Shown piece after piece: positions 16,027 to 26,600 of a DNA stretch of 64,000 nucleotides. The stretch comes from Alphaproteobacteria bacterium. Its GTDB lineage: Bacteria; Pseudomonadota; Alphaproteobacteria; M2410. Within the stretch, counting starts at the first letter, position 1. Each line of letters begins with the position of its first letter. A program made the translations under genes and the position numbers. The stretch spans positions 1,367 to 65,366 of the forward strand of contig SBHG01000127.1 in the NCBI GenBank assembly GCA_006226305.1, given 5' to 3'. A model generated the notes under the pieces. That model did not search any database and had not been told where the DNA came from. It worked only from the letters and a program-made list of their open reading frames with translations.

Positions 16027-18245
16027 TACAGTTCCTGCCTCCACAGCCGTGCCGCCAATTCTTCAGCGGTGAGAAATTCTCCACCCAGTTCATTTGAAAA
16101 GAATGCAATATACTGCTCTAGCCAAGACAAAAACTCACTTCGATCCTCCTCTGAACGAACATATGGGCTTCCGCCGATCAGCAAGGATGAGCTGTGATAA
16201 TTTAAGGAAAAAGTTCGAGTGCCACGGGAATACAATAACCTGGTGATCTCTTTGGCTTCTTCTATTGTCGCCCCTTCTGGTGAGATCCGGATGCGATTGA
16301 GACCATTTATCCTCGACAAGACAGCTGGGATCCTCATTTTTCTCACTAGCGGACTATCCAGCAAATTGAAACTGGGCGCGATATACCGCGCCATAAAACC
16401 CGAATAGCCCACGGTATAGGGTAAGGAAATCAAATGGCCTCCGATCGCAAGAGGCTTTTCATCGAAGTCACGAAAATCCGGCCCAGACAAGGGAACAAAA
16501 CTTGTATGCGGCATAATACTCGTATCAATCTGAAATCCTGCATTCGAAATGATACTTGCTGTCTCTCGGGATATACCATATCGCCCGGCCCTGAACACTT
16601 TCGGACTGATGCCGAACTCTTTCTCAAATCGGTGTTTTAGCTCATGGACTTTGGCCCTCTGCAAGTCCCCTGAAAGGTTGCTCAAAAAACTGTTAAAATC
16701 ATTTACCTCTTCTTCAAAGGGCGGCGTAACCCATGGATGCATCTGACATCCAAGATCGCAAAGGCCACTCTGTTGCAGTTGCTTTAGGTAAGCGACAGCC
16801 CTTTCATTCTCCAGGACTGGAAAATCTACCAGATATGTCGGGCGAACCCCGTTTTTCTCGAAAATATTCTGGGCATATTGTTGGCTTAGAATATTCTCAA
16901 CGCTTACTTGATCGCGTCTTATCTGTCGCCAGTCAAATTCCTCTTCGGCATCAACATTCACTGTTAAAACCGGCCGCTCTAAGGTGTCGGCGATGGGTCG
17001 GCACCTATCATGAAAAGTCTGATTTTGTAATTTTGAGGGGAGCGCGTGACAGTAGTCGAGGAATTCGGCTCCTTTACTTTTCCAGGACGCGGCATCTGCG
17101 ACCTTCAAACCGTTTTTGCTTAGCCTGCCCCGAAGGTCTGAACCAGAAAGAATTCGGTCAATAGCGCCCTCAATGTCATCAACAGAGCTTCCATCGACCT
17201 GAAGTCCATTAACTTCATGGTGAACCGCGTCAACAACTCCCCCTTCTTTTCCTGAAATCGCTGGCACGCCTACTGCATTTGCCTCCAGATATACCAGCCC
17301 AAATCCCTCATTTTCACCATCCTCCATACGCCTGTTTGGCATGCAAAAGACATCGCCCGCTGCGTAAATTTCCGGGATCTGTGTATGTGGGACATTGCCA
17401 AGAAAAGTGACACAATCATTAATGTTCAAGTCATTGGCGAGCTTCTCCAGTTCCTGCTTCTGGGGACCATCACCAGCTATCACGTAGTGCAGATTTGGAA
17501 ATTTTTCCCTTAACCGCGCGACTGCCTTGAGCGTGTAATCCACACCTTTTCTAGGGACGAGCCGGGTCACCGTCACAATGACGAGATGGTCCTCAAGACA
17601 TAGCTCCTGCCTTCGCTTCAGGCCATCAACTGATTTATTAAAGTGCTCGGTATCAACTCCATTGATAAGAAGAAAAACCTTCTCGGGTGCTACATCGAGG
17701 AGTGAGACTAATGCGTCCTTGTTGAAGCGACTTACAGCAACGACAGAATGAGCCCTTTCAATCGCTCTTTGGCGTTTGACCTTTACTCTCATTGGATCAT
17801 CGCCCGGCGTAGAGATCTCGTCACCATGTGTATAGATAATCGCTTTATATCCCAGCACATTAGCGAGGACCGTCAGCCAACCCCCAGCGTCAATTTCGCC
17901 GATACATATTGTCTGGCAATTATGTTTGCGGCACATCAGGATGACAACGCAAGCAACCAGTATCATTCTGGGTATATCTATGAGGGGAATGCGCAACCAT
18001 TTAGGCCACTTGGGGCGGAGCGGTGGACGCAACAGTCGCAATCGTTTAACTGGATAGGAGGCTTGCGCATCTTGCTCTCGCCAACCGGCAAGCTCCTGGT
18101 CTGTTCGATAGTCTTCGTGTGCACACAAAACCGCAATCTGACTGTCACCAAATTTTGCCAATTTTTCATAAACAATGCACGATCCCCCAATCATCGGGGA
18201 AAAATTGCTCGTCACGAGGAGAATATTGCCGGTTTTCTGGATCAT
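16026..18245 (-). CDS. fusion of a GT4 glycosyltransferase with a WalW-like polysaccharide deacetylase domain
   Basis: The N-terminal half is GT4 (NEGFGLVYLEANAVGVPAI). The C-terminal roughly 320 aa (LTVNVDAEEEFDW...RPTYLVDFPV...CQMHPW) resembles the WalW/NodB-related deacetylase family. ATG 18245 is preferred over TTG 18284. Confidence 0.7.
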   Translation of the reverse strand: MIQKTGNILLVTSNFSPMIGGSCIVYEKLAKFGDSQIAVLCAHEDYRTDQELAGWREQDAQASYPVKRLRLLRPPLRPKWPKWLRIPLIDIPRMILVACVVILMCRKHNCQTICIGEIDAGGWLTVLANVLGYKAIIYTHGDEISTPGDDPMRVKVKRQRAIERAHSVVAVSRFNKDALVSLLDVAPEKVFLLINGVDTEHFNKSVDGLKRRQELCLEDHLVIVTVTRLVPRKGVDYTLKAVARLREKFPNLHYVIAGDGPQKQELEKLANDLNINDCVTFLGNVPHTQIPEIYAAGDVFCMPNRRMEDGENEGFGLVYLEANAVGVPAISGKEGGVVDAVHHEVNGLQVDGSSVDDIEGAIDRILSGSDLRGRLSKNGLKVADAASWKSKGAEFLDYCHALPSKLQNQTFHDRCRPIADTLERPVLTVNVDAEEEFDWRQIRRDQVSVENILSQQYAQNIFEKNGVRPTYLVDFPVLENERAVAYLKQLQQSGLCDLGCQMHPWVTPPFEEEVNDFNSFLSNLSGDLQRAKVHELKHRFEKEFGISPKVFRAGRYGISRETASIISNAGFQIDTSIMPHTSFVPLSGPDFRDFDEKPLAIGGHLISLPYTVGYSGFMARYIAPSFNLLDSPLVRKMRIPAVLSRINGLNRIRISPEGATIEEAKEITRLLYSRGTRTFSLNYHSSSLLIGGSPYVRSEEDRSEFLSWLEQYIAFFSNELGGEFLTAEELAARLWRQEL

Positions 18246-18406
18246 GGATTGAACCCCGAAAGGGAGCCCGTTAATCGGCGACAAAATGCCGAAATTTAGA
18301 TGAAATTAACCAAAAGAATGCACATGATTGCAGGCTAATGTTTCAATGGCTTCATTTCTATTAACATCAGGCAAAATAGAGTTCCATTGGAGATTTTGTC
18401 CTCGAC

Positions 18407-18422
18407 CGGAATTGGACTTGCC
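18407..18422 (+). promoter_or_regulatory. sigma-54-type -24/-12 promoter candidate
   Basis: cGGAATtggacTTGCc with exact GG-N10-GC spacing. About 60 nt upstream of the Wzx start. Confidence 0.4.
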
Positions 18423-18480
18423 AAGAATTTGCTACCTTATCGGGCTAGCATGTTACACAGCTTCGTGAGAAAGAGTTGTC

Positions 18481-19995
18481 GTGTCTGAAACACAAGGGTC
18501 CTTATCAGCGCGTGTTTCCAAGAGCGCCGCCTGGCTGATCGCTACGCGATTGCTCTCCAGGTTGCTTGGGCTGGCAAGTACCGTTGTTGTTGCGCGCATT
18601 CTCGTTCCGGAGGATTTTGGCCTTTTTGCTCTTGCCATGTCTGTTGTTGCGATGATCGAAGGCATGAGCGCAACAGGGTTCGGCCAGGCGCTCATTCGGC
18701 AGCCGGAAGTGACGGCCCAAGATTTTGACACGGTCTGGACACTTAATCTCATTCGGGCTTTGATCTTATGTCTGATCCTGTTGATATGTGCCCTTGTATT
18801 GCCAAATCTCCTGGACAAGCCTGATCTCGCCCCCCTCTTATTTGCTTTTGCCTTGCTACCAGTCATTCGCGGTTTTTCTAATCCACGGATGATCGAGTTT
18901 GAACGCAATCTGAATTTTTCCCGGGTTTTTATTCTCCAAATGGCAGCCCGAATTGTTTCTGTGTCGGTCACGATTGTTGTCGTGGTGGTGCTACGGTCCA
19001 TTTGGGCCTTGGTTGCAGGTGTGTTGTCTGCCGCTGTTGTTAATGTTCTGCTTAGCCATTTTCTTCAGTTTCATCGGCTCCATTTTTCCTTTGCCAGCAC
19101 TCGAAAGATTTTTTCATTTACCGCGTGGCTCAATGGCATGAATGTAATCAACTCCATCTCCCACAATATGGATCGATTTATCGTCAATGGCTTCCTGGGA
19201 ACTGTCTCAACAGGCCTTTTCTACATGGGACAGAATGTTGCCACTCTGGTCACCCGGGAACTATTTTCCCCGCTGGAGAGGGCACTATTTCCCGGCCTCG
19301 TGCGGTTTTCATCAGACCCGGGCAAGCTTCGTGAGAATGTCCTGACGAGTATTGAGATCTTCACCGCCATCGGCCTACCGGTTGGATTTGGCTTTGCCTG
19401 GGTTGCCAGAGATTTTGTCCTGCTTATTTTTGGAGAGAAATGGGAGAGTATTGTTCCGATGATCCAAATCCTGGCACCTGTTCTTGGAATTCAGACGCTG
19501 ACCAGTGTCGCCTATAGTGCGCTCTTGGCCATTGGCGCCTCATCGACGCTGTTTTATCGTTCCATATGGATCTTTGGAGCCCGGTTGATATGCCTCATCG
19601 CAGGCGCTGCCTATTTTGGCTTCCTGGGCATTGTTATCGGCCACACGTTCTCCTATTTTCTCGAATTCTTGCTCAATTACGCGGCACTCATTTCAAAGAT
19701 AAAGATGCCCTGGTATTTGCCGATTTGGAGAGTGAGGAGGAGCCTGATTGCTGTCGTCACAATGGTATTGCTACTTATGGGGATCGACTCAGCTTTCTCG
19801 TCGCACTTCATTTTTCTTTTCAGCCCAATTGTTTCTGACCTAGTCCGGGATATAGTTTTTGGCGCAATGATTTACTTGTTATGCCATTTTTCCCTGTGGA
19901 AGGTTGAAAGATGCCCAATCGGCGCAGAGAAAACGGTTATAGATGTCATTGGAAAGTCCTCCCTTATTAGTGTTTTGCCAAAGAAAAACTCTTGA
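18481..19995 (+). CDS. wzx: Wzx-type polysaccharide flippase (MOP superfamily)
   Basis: 504 aa with about 12-14 hydrophobic helices. The N-terminus AAWLIATRLLSRLLGLASTVVVARILVPEDFGL is typical of polysaccharide biosynthesis (Wzx) proteins. GTG start. Confidence 0.8.
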   Translation: MSETQGSLSARVSKSAAWLIATRLLSRLLGLASTVVVARILVPEDFGLFALAMSVVAMIEGMSATGFGQALIRQPEVTAQDFDTVWTLNLIRALILCLILLICALVLPNLLDKPDLAPLLFAFALLPVIRGFSNPRMIEFERNLNFSRVFILQMAARIVSVSVTIVVVVVLRSIWALVAGVLSAAVVNVLLSHFLQFHRLHFSFASTRKIFSFTAWLNGMNVINSISHNMDRFIVNGFLGTVSTGLFYMGQNVATLVTRELFSPLERALFPGLVRFSSDPGKLRENVLTSIEIFTAIGLPVGFGFAWVARDFVLLIFGEKWESIVPMIQILAPVLGIQTLTSVAYSALLAIGASSTLFYRSIWIFGARLICLIAGAAYFGFLGIVIGHTFSYFLEFLLNYAALISKIKMPWYLPIWRVRRSLIAVVTMVLLLMGIDSAFSSHFIFLFSPIVSDLVRDIVFGAMIYLLCHFSLWKVERCPIGAEKTVIDVIGKSSLISVLPKKNS

Positions 19996-20060
19996 TGGCG
20001 CTCAACATCTCTGTCTATCGAGACCAATTTCCTGAAGATTCAAAGTATGGATGATTTTAA

Positions 20061-20963
20061 GTGAATTCCGAGACCTCCCAAAACTCCGCTGTATACGTCT
20101 TCGCGCACAACGAGGCTGCCGGCATAAGGAAATCAATCGAATCAATCCTAAGTCAGGATAGGACCAACCGTATTGATATTCATGTGATCAATAACGGCTC
20201 GACAGACAATACTTCTGATATTGTCCTGGATTTAGCTCAACACTATCCAAATATCTTCCTGCACAATTTGGCTATAGGTGATAAGTGCAATGCGTGGAAT
20301 TTTGCGGTTCATTCACTATCAGAGAGATATTCAAGTCACATATTTATGGATGGGGATGTTCAAATTTCTCCCAACGGTTTAGAGCGCCTGTTAAACTCAA
20401 TAGCTGAGAACCCTTCCCTAAATGCATTTTCCGCTATTCCTTATTCGGGTCGCACGCGCGCAAAGCAAATTGCTGAAATGATCCGCCATCCTGGAGTTGC
20501 GGGAAATCTATATGGCTTGAGTGATCAATTCGTAATCGGTTTGCGGACAAGGCATGTAAGTTTGCCGATTGGCCTTGTAGGCGACGACTCGCTTGTTGGA
20601 GCGCTCGCCGCCACAGACCTTGGCCGCATAAGTGACTGGCAAACTGATCGCATAAAGGTCTTGCAGGAAGTGGGATTCCAGTTTGATTCAATCTCCATAT
20701 TTTCGATTCGCGACCTTTCGCACCAATTCAAACGGATGTTTCGGTATAGTCGCAGGCACCTGGAAAACAGAATTTTGAACCTGTTTCTGGCAAAGAATAT
20801 TCCTGATCAACTCCCCAAGAATGTCAATATACTTCACAAGCTCTATGCTGACCAAATTCATGTTACATGGCGAGGTATGAATACGATATTTGATTTGATT
20901 GAATTGGCGAAGATCCGAAAGGGCCTTCCACTGGATAGGGATGAGATGCAGAAAATCAACTAG
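20061..20963 (+). CDS. glycosyltransferase family 2-like
   Basis: VYVFAHNEAAGIRKSIESILSQ...VINNGSTDNT and FMDGDV (DxD). Strongly AT-rich. Confidence 0.65.
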   Translation: MNSETSQNSAVYVFAHNEAAGIRKSIESILSQDRTNRIDIHVINNGSTDNTSDIVLDLAQHYPNIFLHNLAIGDKCNAWNFAVHSLSERYSSHIFMDGDVQISPNGLERLLNSIAENPSLNAFSAIPYSGRTRAKQIAEMIRHPGVAGNLYGLSDQFVIGLRTRHVSLPIGLVGDDSLVGALAATDLGRISDWQTDRIKVLQEVGFQFDSISIFSIRDLSHQFKRMFRYSRRHLENRILNLFLAKNIPDQLPKNVNILHKLYADQIHVTWRGMNTIFDLIELAKIRKGLPLDRDEMQKIN

Positions 20964-20987
20964 ATCTAACGAACAGAATAACTTCCA

Positions 20988-21947
20988 CTATGGCTGAAGC
21001 AACTTAAACCGTTTTAATCCAGAAAAACACGCCCGAAGTAGATATAAGAAGTATCGCTTTGATAATAAGTAACTTAGAATTTCTTGACCCAAGGGGCGCT
21101 GATGTTTTTCAGTCAACATCGGATAACCCAAATGAGCGTTTAGTGTTCCGAGCAACCGTTCTATATTTCCAATATCCTTTACTGTCAAAGTAGATTTCCA
21201 GTTTGCTACCCCGCTTGGGTCGATCTCAGACAAAACCTTCGATTTCCATTCAATTTCATATGGTTGAATAATTCCGGGAACATCAACCAAACTTAATTGA
21301 TTTTCTTCAAATCTGATTTCCAGAAAATCGTGAATCTTTTCAAGAGTAACTCTAGGGTTAGCTACCAACTCTTCGTAAGTAACTGTTTGGATCCATTCTG
21401 TATATTTTTCCAAGAACATGTTTCCAAATCTTATGCTAACAATCCACTGCCAACACAACCACTTCCAATTATTCGAAGCAAAACTTGCTTTCAGTAATGA
21501 ACTTACACACGCCCTTCCGTCTCTAATGATCCAAATGATTTTGGCGTCTGGAAAATCCCTTATTATCTCATCAATATGACGAATATGTAGTGGAGATTTC
21601 TCCAAAATAACTTCTTTGCCCCTTGTTTTTGCATATTCGTATAGCAGCGCAGAAATGATATCTCTCTCAGTCGCCCGGGGTGAGCTGATCCCCAGTTCCT
21701 GAAGTGTCGCACCACCCAGATCAAGATCTTCCAGGCGCGTGCCCTCTATGACCATTGACAATTTCGAAGATTTTCGCACACCGGCAAGTCGCAAGCCATA
21801 TCTTGAAGAGTTATAAAAATTGGTTTCAGGTGCCGCCTGTATTTTGGAGTTTTTCCCTAGAAGGGAAGTTAGAAGTGTTGTTCCAGATCTTGGGTGACCA
21901 ACAATGAATATTGCGTTCGGCCTCTTTTGTGTTTTTCTATTTCTCAC
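20988..21947 (-). CDS. sulfotransferase family protein
   Basis: IFIVGHPRSGTTLL is a PAPS 5'-phosphosulfate-binding loop, followed by IWIIRDGRACVSS (3'-PB region). GTG start. About 35% GC in spot counts. Confidence 0.8.
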   Translation of the reverse strand: MRNRKTQKRPNAIFIVGHPRSGTTLLTSLLGKNSKIQAAPETNFYNSSRYGLRLAGVRKSSKLSMVIEGTRLEDLDLGGATLQELGISSPRATERDIISALLYEYAKTRGKEVILEKSPLHIRHIDEIIRDFPDAKIIWIIRDGRACVSSLLKASFASNNWKWLCWQWIVSIRFGNMFLEKYTEWIQTVTYEELVANPRVTLEKIHDFLEIRFEENQLSLVDVPGIIQPYEIEWKSKVLSEIDPSGVANWKSTLTVKDIGNIERLLGTLNAHLGYPMLTEKHQRPLGQEILSYLLSKRYFLYLLRACFSGLKRFKLLQP

Positions 21948-22245
21948 AACGGAAAATTCTCGCTTCTTTGTTGTTAGAGGGTATCATTTTTGATCTAAAT
22001 ACAAAAAAACTCACTTGAGTAAAACAAGGCCAATTTTGTTAATTGTTGTCGATATATATTTCTAGATATTCTCACTGCTTGATCACTGATAATATGATGA
22101 TGACATATTTGACCCCGTATGCTGCGTCTCTTCTGTAGAATCTTGTTGTCTCCGTTCTAAACCCATTGGATCGAATGCGATCCAACGGAGCAAACGAAAT
22201 CAAACGATCATGATAATTTGTTAGTCTCCTATCGCGAGGTATGTT

Positions 22246-23553
22246 TTGAGAGCATTAGTTACCCTTCTGGTATTTGTTGGCGTTCTCCTCCTGACCTTTA
22301 CGGGGCCGTATGTCGGCGCGTTGGGCTGGGCATGGCTGTCTCTTATGGCTCCCCATCAAAATACCTGGGGAACAATGGCTACATTGCCCCTAAATTTGAT
22401 TCTAACCGTTGTCACATTTTTCGTCTGGTTACTTTCACCTGAGCCGAAGAAGGTTCCCGGCAGCATCCTCACGATACTGCTGTCCATTTTTCTATTTTTC
22501 TTGGTGGCTTCTCAACTGTTTTCCATCGCTCCGGAGTTATCTACCGAACCTTTTAGTCGTTTTGTGAAAGTCCTCATATTTATTGTCTTTTGCCAGGCGA
22601 TTATAACCTCTCGCCTTAGAGTCCAGGCAATGATCTGGGTCATCGTCATTTCTGTCGGGTATTACTCTGTCAAGGGAGGCCTTTTCACCCTGGCAACCGG
22701 TGGCGGGTATCATGTTATGGGGGCGGTCGGCACGATGATGCGAGACAACAACCAAATGGGCCTCGCCGCGGTAACGATCCTCCCTCTAATCTACTTTCTC
22801 TATCAAACGTCCACAGAGAAATTTATACGCTATGGACTTGCCGGAGCCGGCGCTCTCACTTTCGTTTGCGTGTTAGGGACCCAATCGCGCGGAGCCTTTG
22901 TGGCACTCGTGGTTATGGCCGCTATGTTATGGTGGAAAAGCAAACAACGGCTCACTCTTGCGGTTGTTGCTCTTCTACTGGCCGTACCGGCCATTGCCTT
23001 TATGCCCCAAGATTGGAAAGATCGAATGGGAACCATCTCAGAGGCTTCCGAAGACTCGTCTTTTCAGGGGCGTCTTGATGCCTGGTATATCAACTACCAA
23101 ATCGCAAAGGCGCGGCCTCTGACAGGTGGGGGATTACGCGTAGCCTACGAACAATCCATCGCGAATAAGTACACGAGAGATCTTCGCAAAGCACGCGCAG
23201 CACATTCTATCTATTTTGAAATTCTTGGCGGCATGGGCTTTCTCGCGCTGGGCGTTTACCTGGCCATTTTCGGAAATGCCTGGTTTACGGCCCAACGAAT
23301 CCGAAAACAGGCTCAATCACCTAAATCCTGGCAGTATCAATTTGCCACTGCAGCACAGGTGAGTTTGGCTTGCTTTATGGTTGGTGGCGCCGCACTTTCT
23401 ATGGAGATGTGGGAGGGCTATTTGCTTGTCATAGTAATGATAGATGTAACAAGACGATTGCAGGCGCAACCACCTGGGAATTCGGTCCGCGGAGCCTTAC
23501 CTCACTCATCCTCTTTTGTCGCAAATAAGCCCGTCCGACCCTCTCGGTCGTGA
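22246..23553 (+). CDS. O-antigen ligase/Wzy-like polymerase (exosortase-locus O-glycosylation-ligase type)
   Basis: About 10-12 TM helices. VLGTQSRGAFVAL and periplasmic loop FQGRLDAW...ARPLTGGG are typical of the Wzy_C/O-antigen ligase domain. TTG start with GAGG 6 nt upstream. Confidence 0.8.
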   Translation: MRALVTLLVFVGVLLLTFTGPYVGALGWAWLSLMAPHQNTWGTMATLPLNLILTVVTFFVWLLSPEPKKVPGSILTILLSIFLFFLVASQLFSIAPELSTEPFSRFVKVLIFIVFCQAIITSRLRVQAMIWVIVISVGYYSVKGGLFTLATGGGYHVMGAVGTMMRDNNQMGLAAVTILPLIYFLYQTSTEKFIRYGLAGAGALTFVCVLGTQSRGAFVALVVMAAMLWWKSKQRLTLAVVALLLAVPAIAFMPQDWKDRMGTISEASEDSSFQGRLDAWYINYQIAKARPLTGGGLRVAYEQSIANKYTRDLRKARAAHSIYFEILGGMGFLALGVYLAIFGNAWFTAQRIRKQAQSPKSWQYQFATAAQVSLACFMVGGAALSMEMWEGYLLVIVMIDVTRRLQAQPPGNSVRGALPHSSSFVANKPVRPSRS

Positions 23554-23647
23554 CGTCTTTCATTTTGGATATACCAGTAGATTACCGACCCAATCCCAAT
23601 GAGCGAGAATAAGAATAACAAGCCACTCATATCAATTTTGCCCTTTA

Positions 23648-26600
23648 TCAGATAAGGTTGAAATCAGACAAGTCAAAATCCGATACACTTGAATTCGAAA
23701 TTACAATTGATCCGCTCTCACCAAAATCCAGAATAACATCTGAACCCTGCTGGTTCAGGCTAGTGATCATGGTGCTAACATCGCCAAACACCGATCCAAC
23801 CAGATCCGAGGAAACTGAAATCATATCGACACCGTCTTCAAAATCTTCAATGACGTCATTTCCAATATTTGATCCATAAAAGATAAATTCATCGGCACCG
23901 GCACCACCACTTAATAGATCGTCGCCGGCACCACCTACAAGTCGATCGTTGCCGTCTTCACCAAGAAGATGGTCATTGCCGTCATTGCCAAAAATGACAT
24001 CGTCGCCAGCCCCCCCATAGAGCGTATCGGCGCCACCTTGACCGTATAGAATATCCGATCCACCTTGACCTGAGATGGTGTCAGAACCTTCAGATCCACT
24101 GATAACATCAGCCTCTTCGGTTCCCCCGACCGTGGTGGATCCAAAAATAAAATGATCGCGCTCAACAACGGAACCATCTCCCAATGTAGGCACCATCAGG
24201 AAGGTCGTTATCGTATAAAAACCGCCGGTATTGGAAGGGTTCCAAAATGGATAGTCCTGGGTCTCGCTGATAATCCAGCCATAGGCATCATATGAAGTGA
24301 TATCTTGGGTAACGGAGATGAGTGCAGACAAGGAGGCCAAGGCTGAGGCAATGTAACTGGCCCCATAGCTCGGGTAATCGGGCATTAGATCCGGGCTTCC
24401 GGAATAATTTGGAAATGTTACGTCAAATACTTCCCCCCAAGTGCTATACCGCTCGCCTGTCGCCCCATCGTAGAGGTGAAAACGATATGAAGTTGCCAAC
24501 ATGGGATCGAAGTCCGGAGAAAGGAATCGGCCAGCTTGAAATCCAAGGGTCCACTCCAAGAGTTCTCCTGATTGCTCGTAACCGCGATCATATGCCGCTT
24601 GCAAAGCAAGAATGACATAATCTTGTTCCCATGGACTTACATTGCCAGGCTCGCGGTCAATAAAACTGTCGAAATAGCCTTCCAATTCACCCGCCGAATC
24701 CAGGGCGCCATCAATGACGTATTTTTGTACCAGATAGTCGAGATTGTTATTGAGAACCGTTTCGAAATATTCCTTCATCGGATCGTCATCCGGAATAGCG
24801 AAGGCAATTTCGCTTAACGTGCGGATCATCCAGGCGGTGCCGCGCACCTGTTGGATGCCTCTGTCAACAACAATCAAATTGTCCCCACGATAATCATCCC
24901 AGGCGCTAGCAATTATATAAGCCGCAGCATCTTCCAGCTCCTCCAAATAGAACTGGTCGCCCGTTAAAAGATAGGGGACATAGGAAAGAGAGGGATGATG
25001 GGCGGTATCGACCGCCCACCCGCCTGTACTCGACTGAAAGAATTCGCTGGGCAGGGCTTCAGAACCCGTATCGCGCCCATCAATCCAGAGGCCGGGATGA
25101 AGATCAATTCGGATGGCCTCGCCGGTCGCCTCATCCACCACGTGCCAGGGTACGCTGCCAGAGGCATCTGCATTGGCCATCATCACATCCCAGGCATGCT
25201 CATCCTGGGTCAGCAAATATTGAACCGTCCAATTGGGCAAGATGCCAATGTCCTGCCGGCCACCTGTTCCCGGCATATATTTGGCGACTGTCGCGCTGCC
25301 AAGCGGTCCGGTATTTGAGGCGAGCATCGCATCATAGTTTGATTGCAAGGCCGATGCGCTCACTCCGAGTGACGTGTCATAGGTCGGAATGGCGCCTGTC
25401 TGCATCAGATAATTAACATCAAATTGTGCGAAGAGATCCTGATCATTGCCAGACCAGACTTCTGTGTGCCAGCGGGAGGCTCGGTAGTGATCCAACCCTG
25501 TCACCTGAAACATAACCTCACCGCCCTGGGTGATGGTCGCATCGTAGGTGATATCGCGCAGGCCTTCCTCATAGGCGCCATCATTTTCAAAGATAACATC
25601 CGTCCGGATATCACCATCTGCGAAAACGCGAATATTGAATTCAATATCGAGATGTGGCGCGACTTCGATCTGAACCGTAAATTCAGAAGCAAGCGGTCCG
25701 GACAACCAGGTCTCAACATCGATCCCGGCGGCCAACAATGCTTCGGCTGCGCTAACGGTATAGGTCGATGTCGTGCCATCATCGTTGTAGACAGTGACAT
25801 CCACAGAGAGATCATAACCGCTATCCAAAATATCCTGTACGGTGAGGGGCGTTCCCGTTGCCCCGTCCCCCTTCGCCAACATCATGTCGACGGCACCACC
25901 CGCATCTATTGCCGGGGTCGGAATGGTCAGGACTGCATGCTTGACCGAGCCATCCTCATAAGTGGCTTTCACATCCATTTGCACGGCATATTCAACACCG
26001 TCAATAATTGCGATGAGCTCTGTGCCAGCAGGCAGATCCCCTTGTACGAAAACCTGACCTAAAGTCATATAGTCTGAAGCGGTTGCTTCGTTCGTGTTGT
26101 TTTCCAGCCTTAGTCCAACAATCTCATTGCTGGATTGGGGTTGCAGGACATCTGGTCCATAAATGAGGTCACCTGAAGATGCCGTGCTCACTGTTGTGGT
26201 TGTGCCTCCAGACGAGGTTGAACCGGTGACAGTGGTACTGGACGAGTTTTGTGGCGGCGCCACTTCAATAGTTGTGTCAAGGAACTGAATATTCTCGATG
26301 CCATTCAAAGTATCAACTTCATTGGCATCATAAACCGAAGTAACATAAACCGTGCCACCTGATCCGTAAGATATTGAATAAAACTCTGAGGAGTCGTTGT
26401 AAAAGGCCGTATCTGTGCCCTCACCTCCATAAAGAAGATCGGAGCCTGCACCGCCAAACAAAATATCGTCGCCACCTTCGCCATAGATTTTGTTGGCCTC
26501 ATCCGTTCCGATGATGAGATTGTCAGAGCTATTGCCGATCGCCTTGCCAGTACTGCCTGGCTGCAATACCCAGTTTTCAACATTGTCCTCTAGAGCCGAC

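Noticed and set aside
18371-18386. TGGAACtctattTTGC (minus strand) upstream of the GT4-deacetylase fusion
   Set aside because: It has the same one-nucleotide spacing defect (GG-N11-GC).
21977-21992. gGGTATcatttTTGAt on the plus strand, in the AT-rich gap before wzy
   Set aside because: The -12 element is GA rather than the essential GC. It lies about 270 nt from the gene in very AT-rich DNA, where such matches arise by chance.
23880-24130. Periodic 27-nt-like repeats, also at about 26400-26560 and 27400-27650
   Set aside because: These are the RTX nonapeptide repeats of a single coding gene. There are no spacers or repeat architecture of a CRISPR array.
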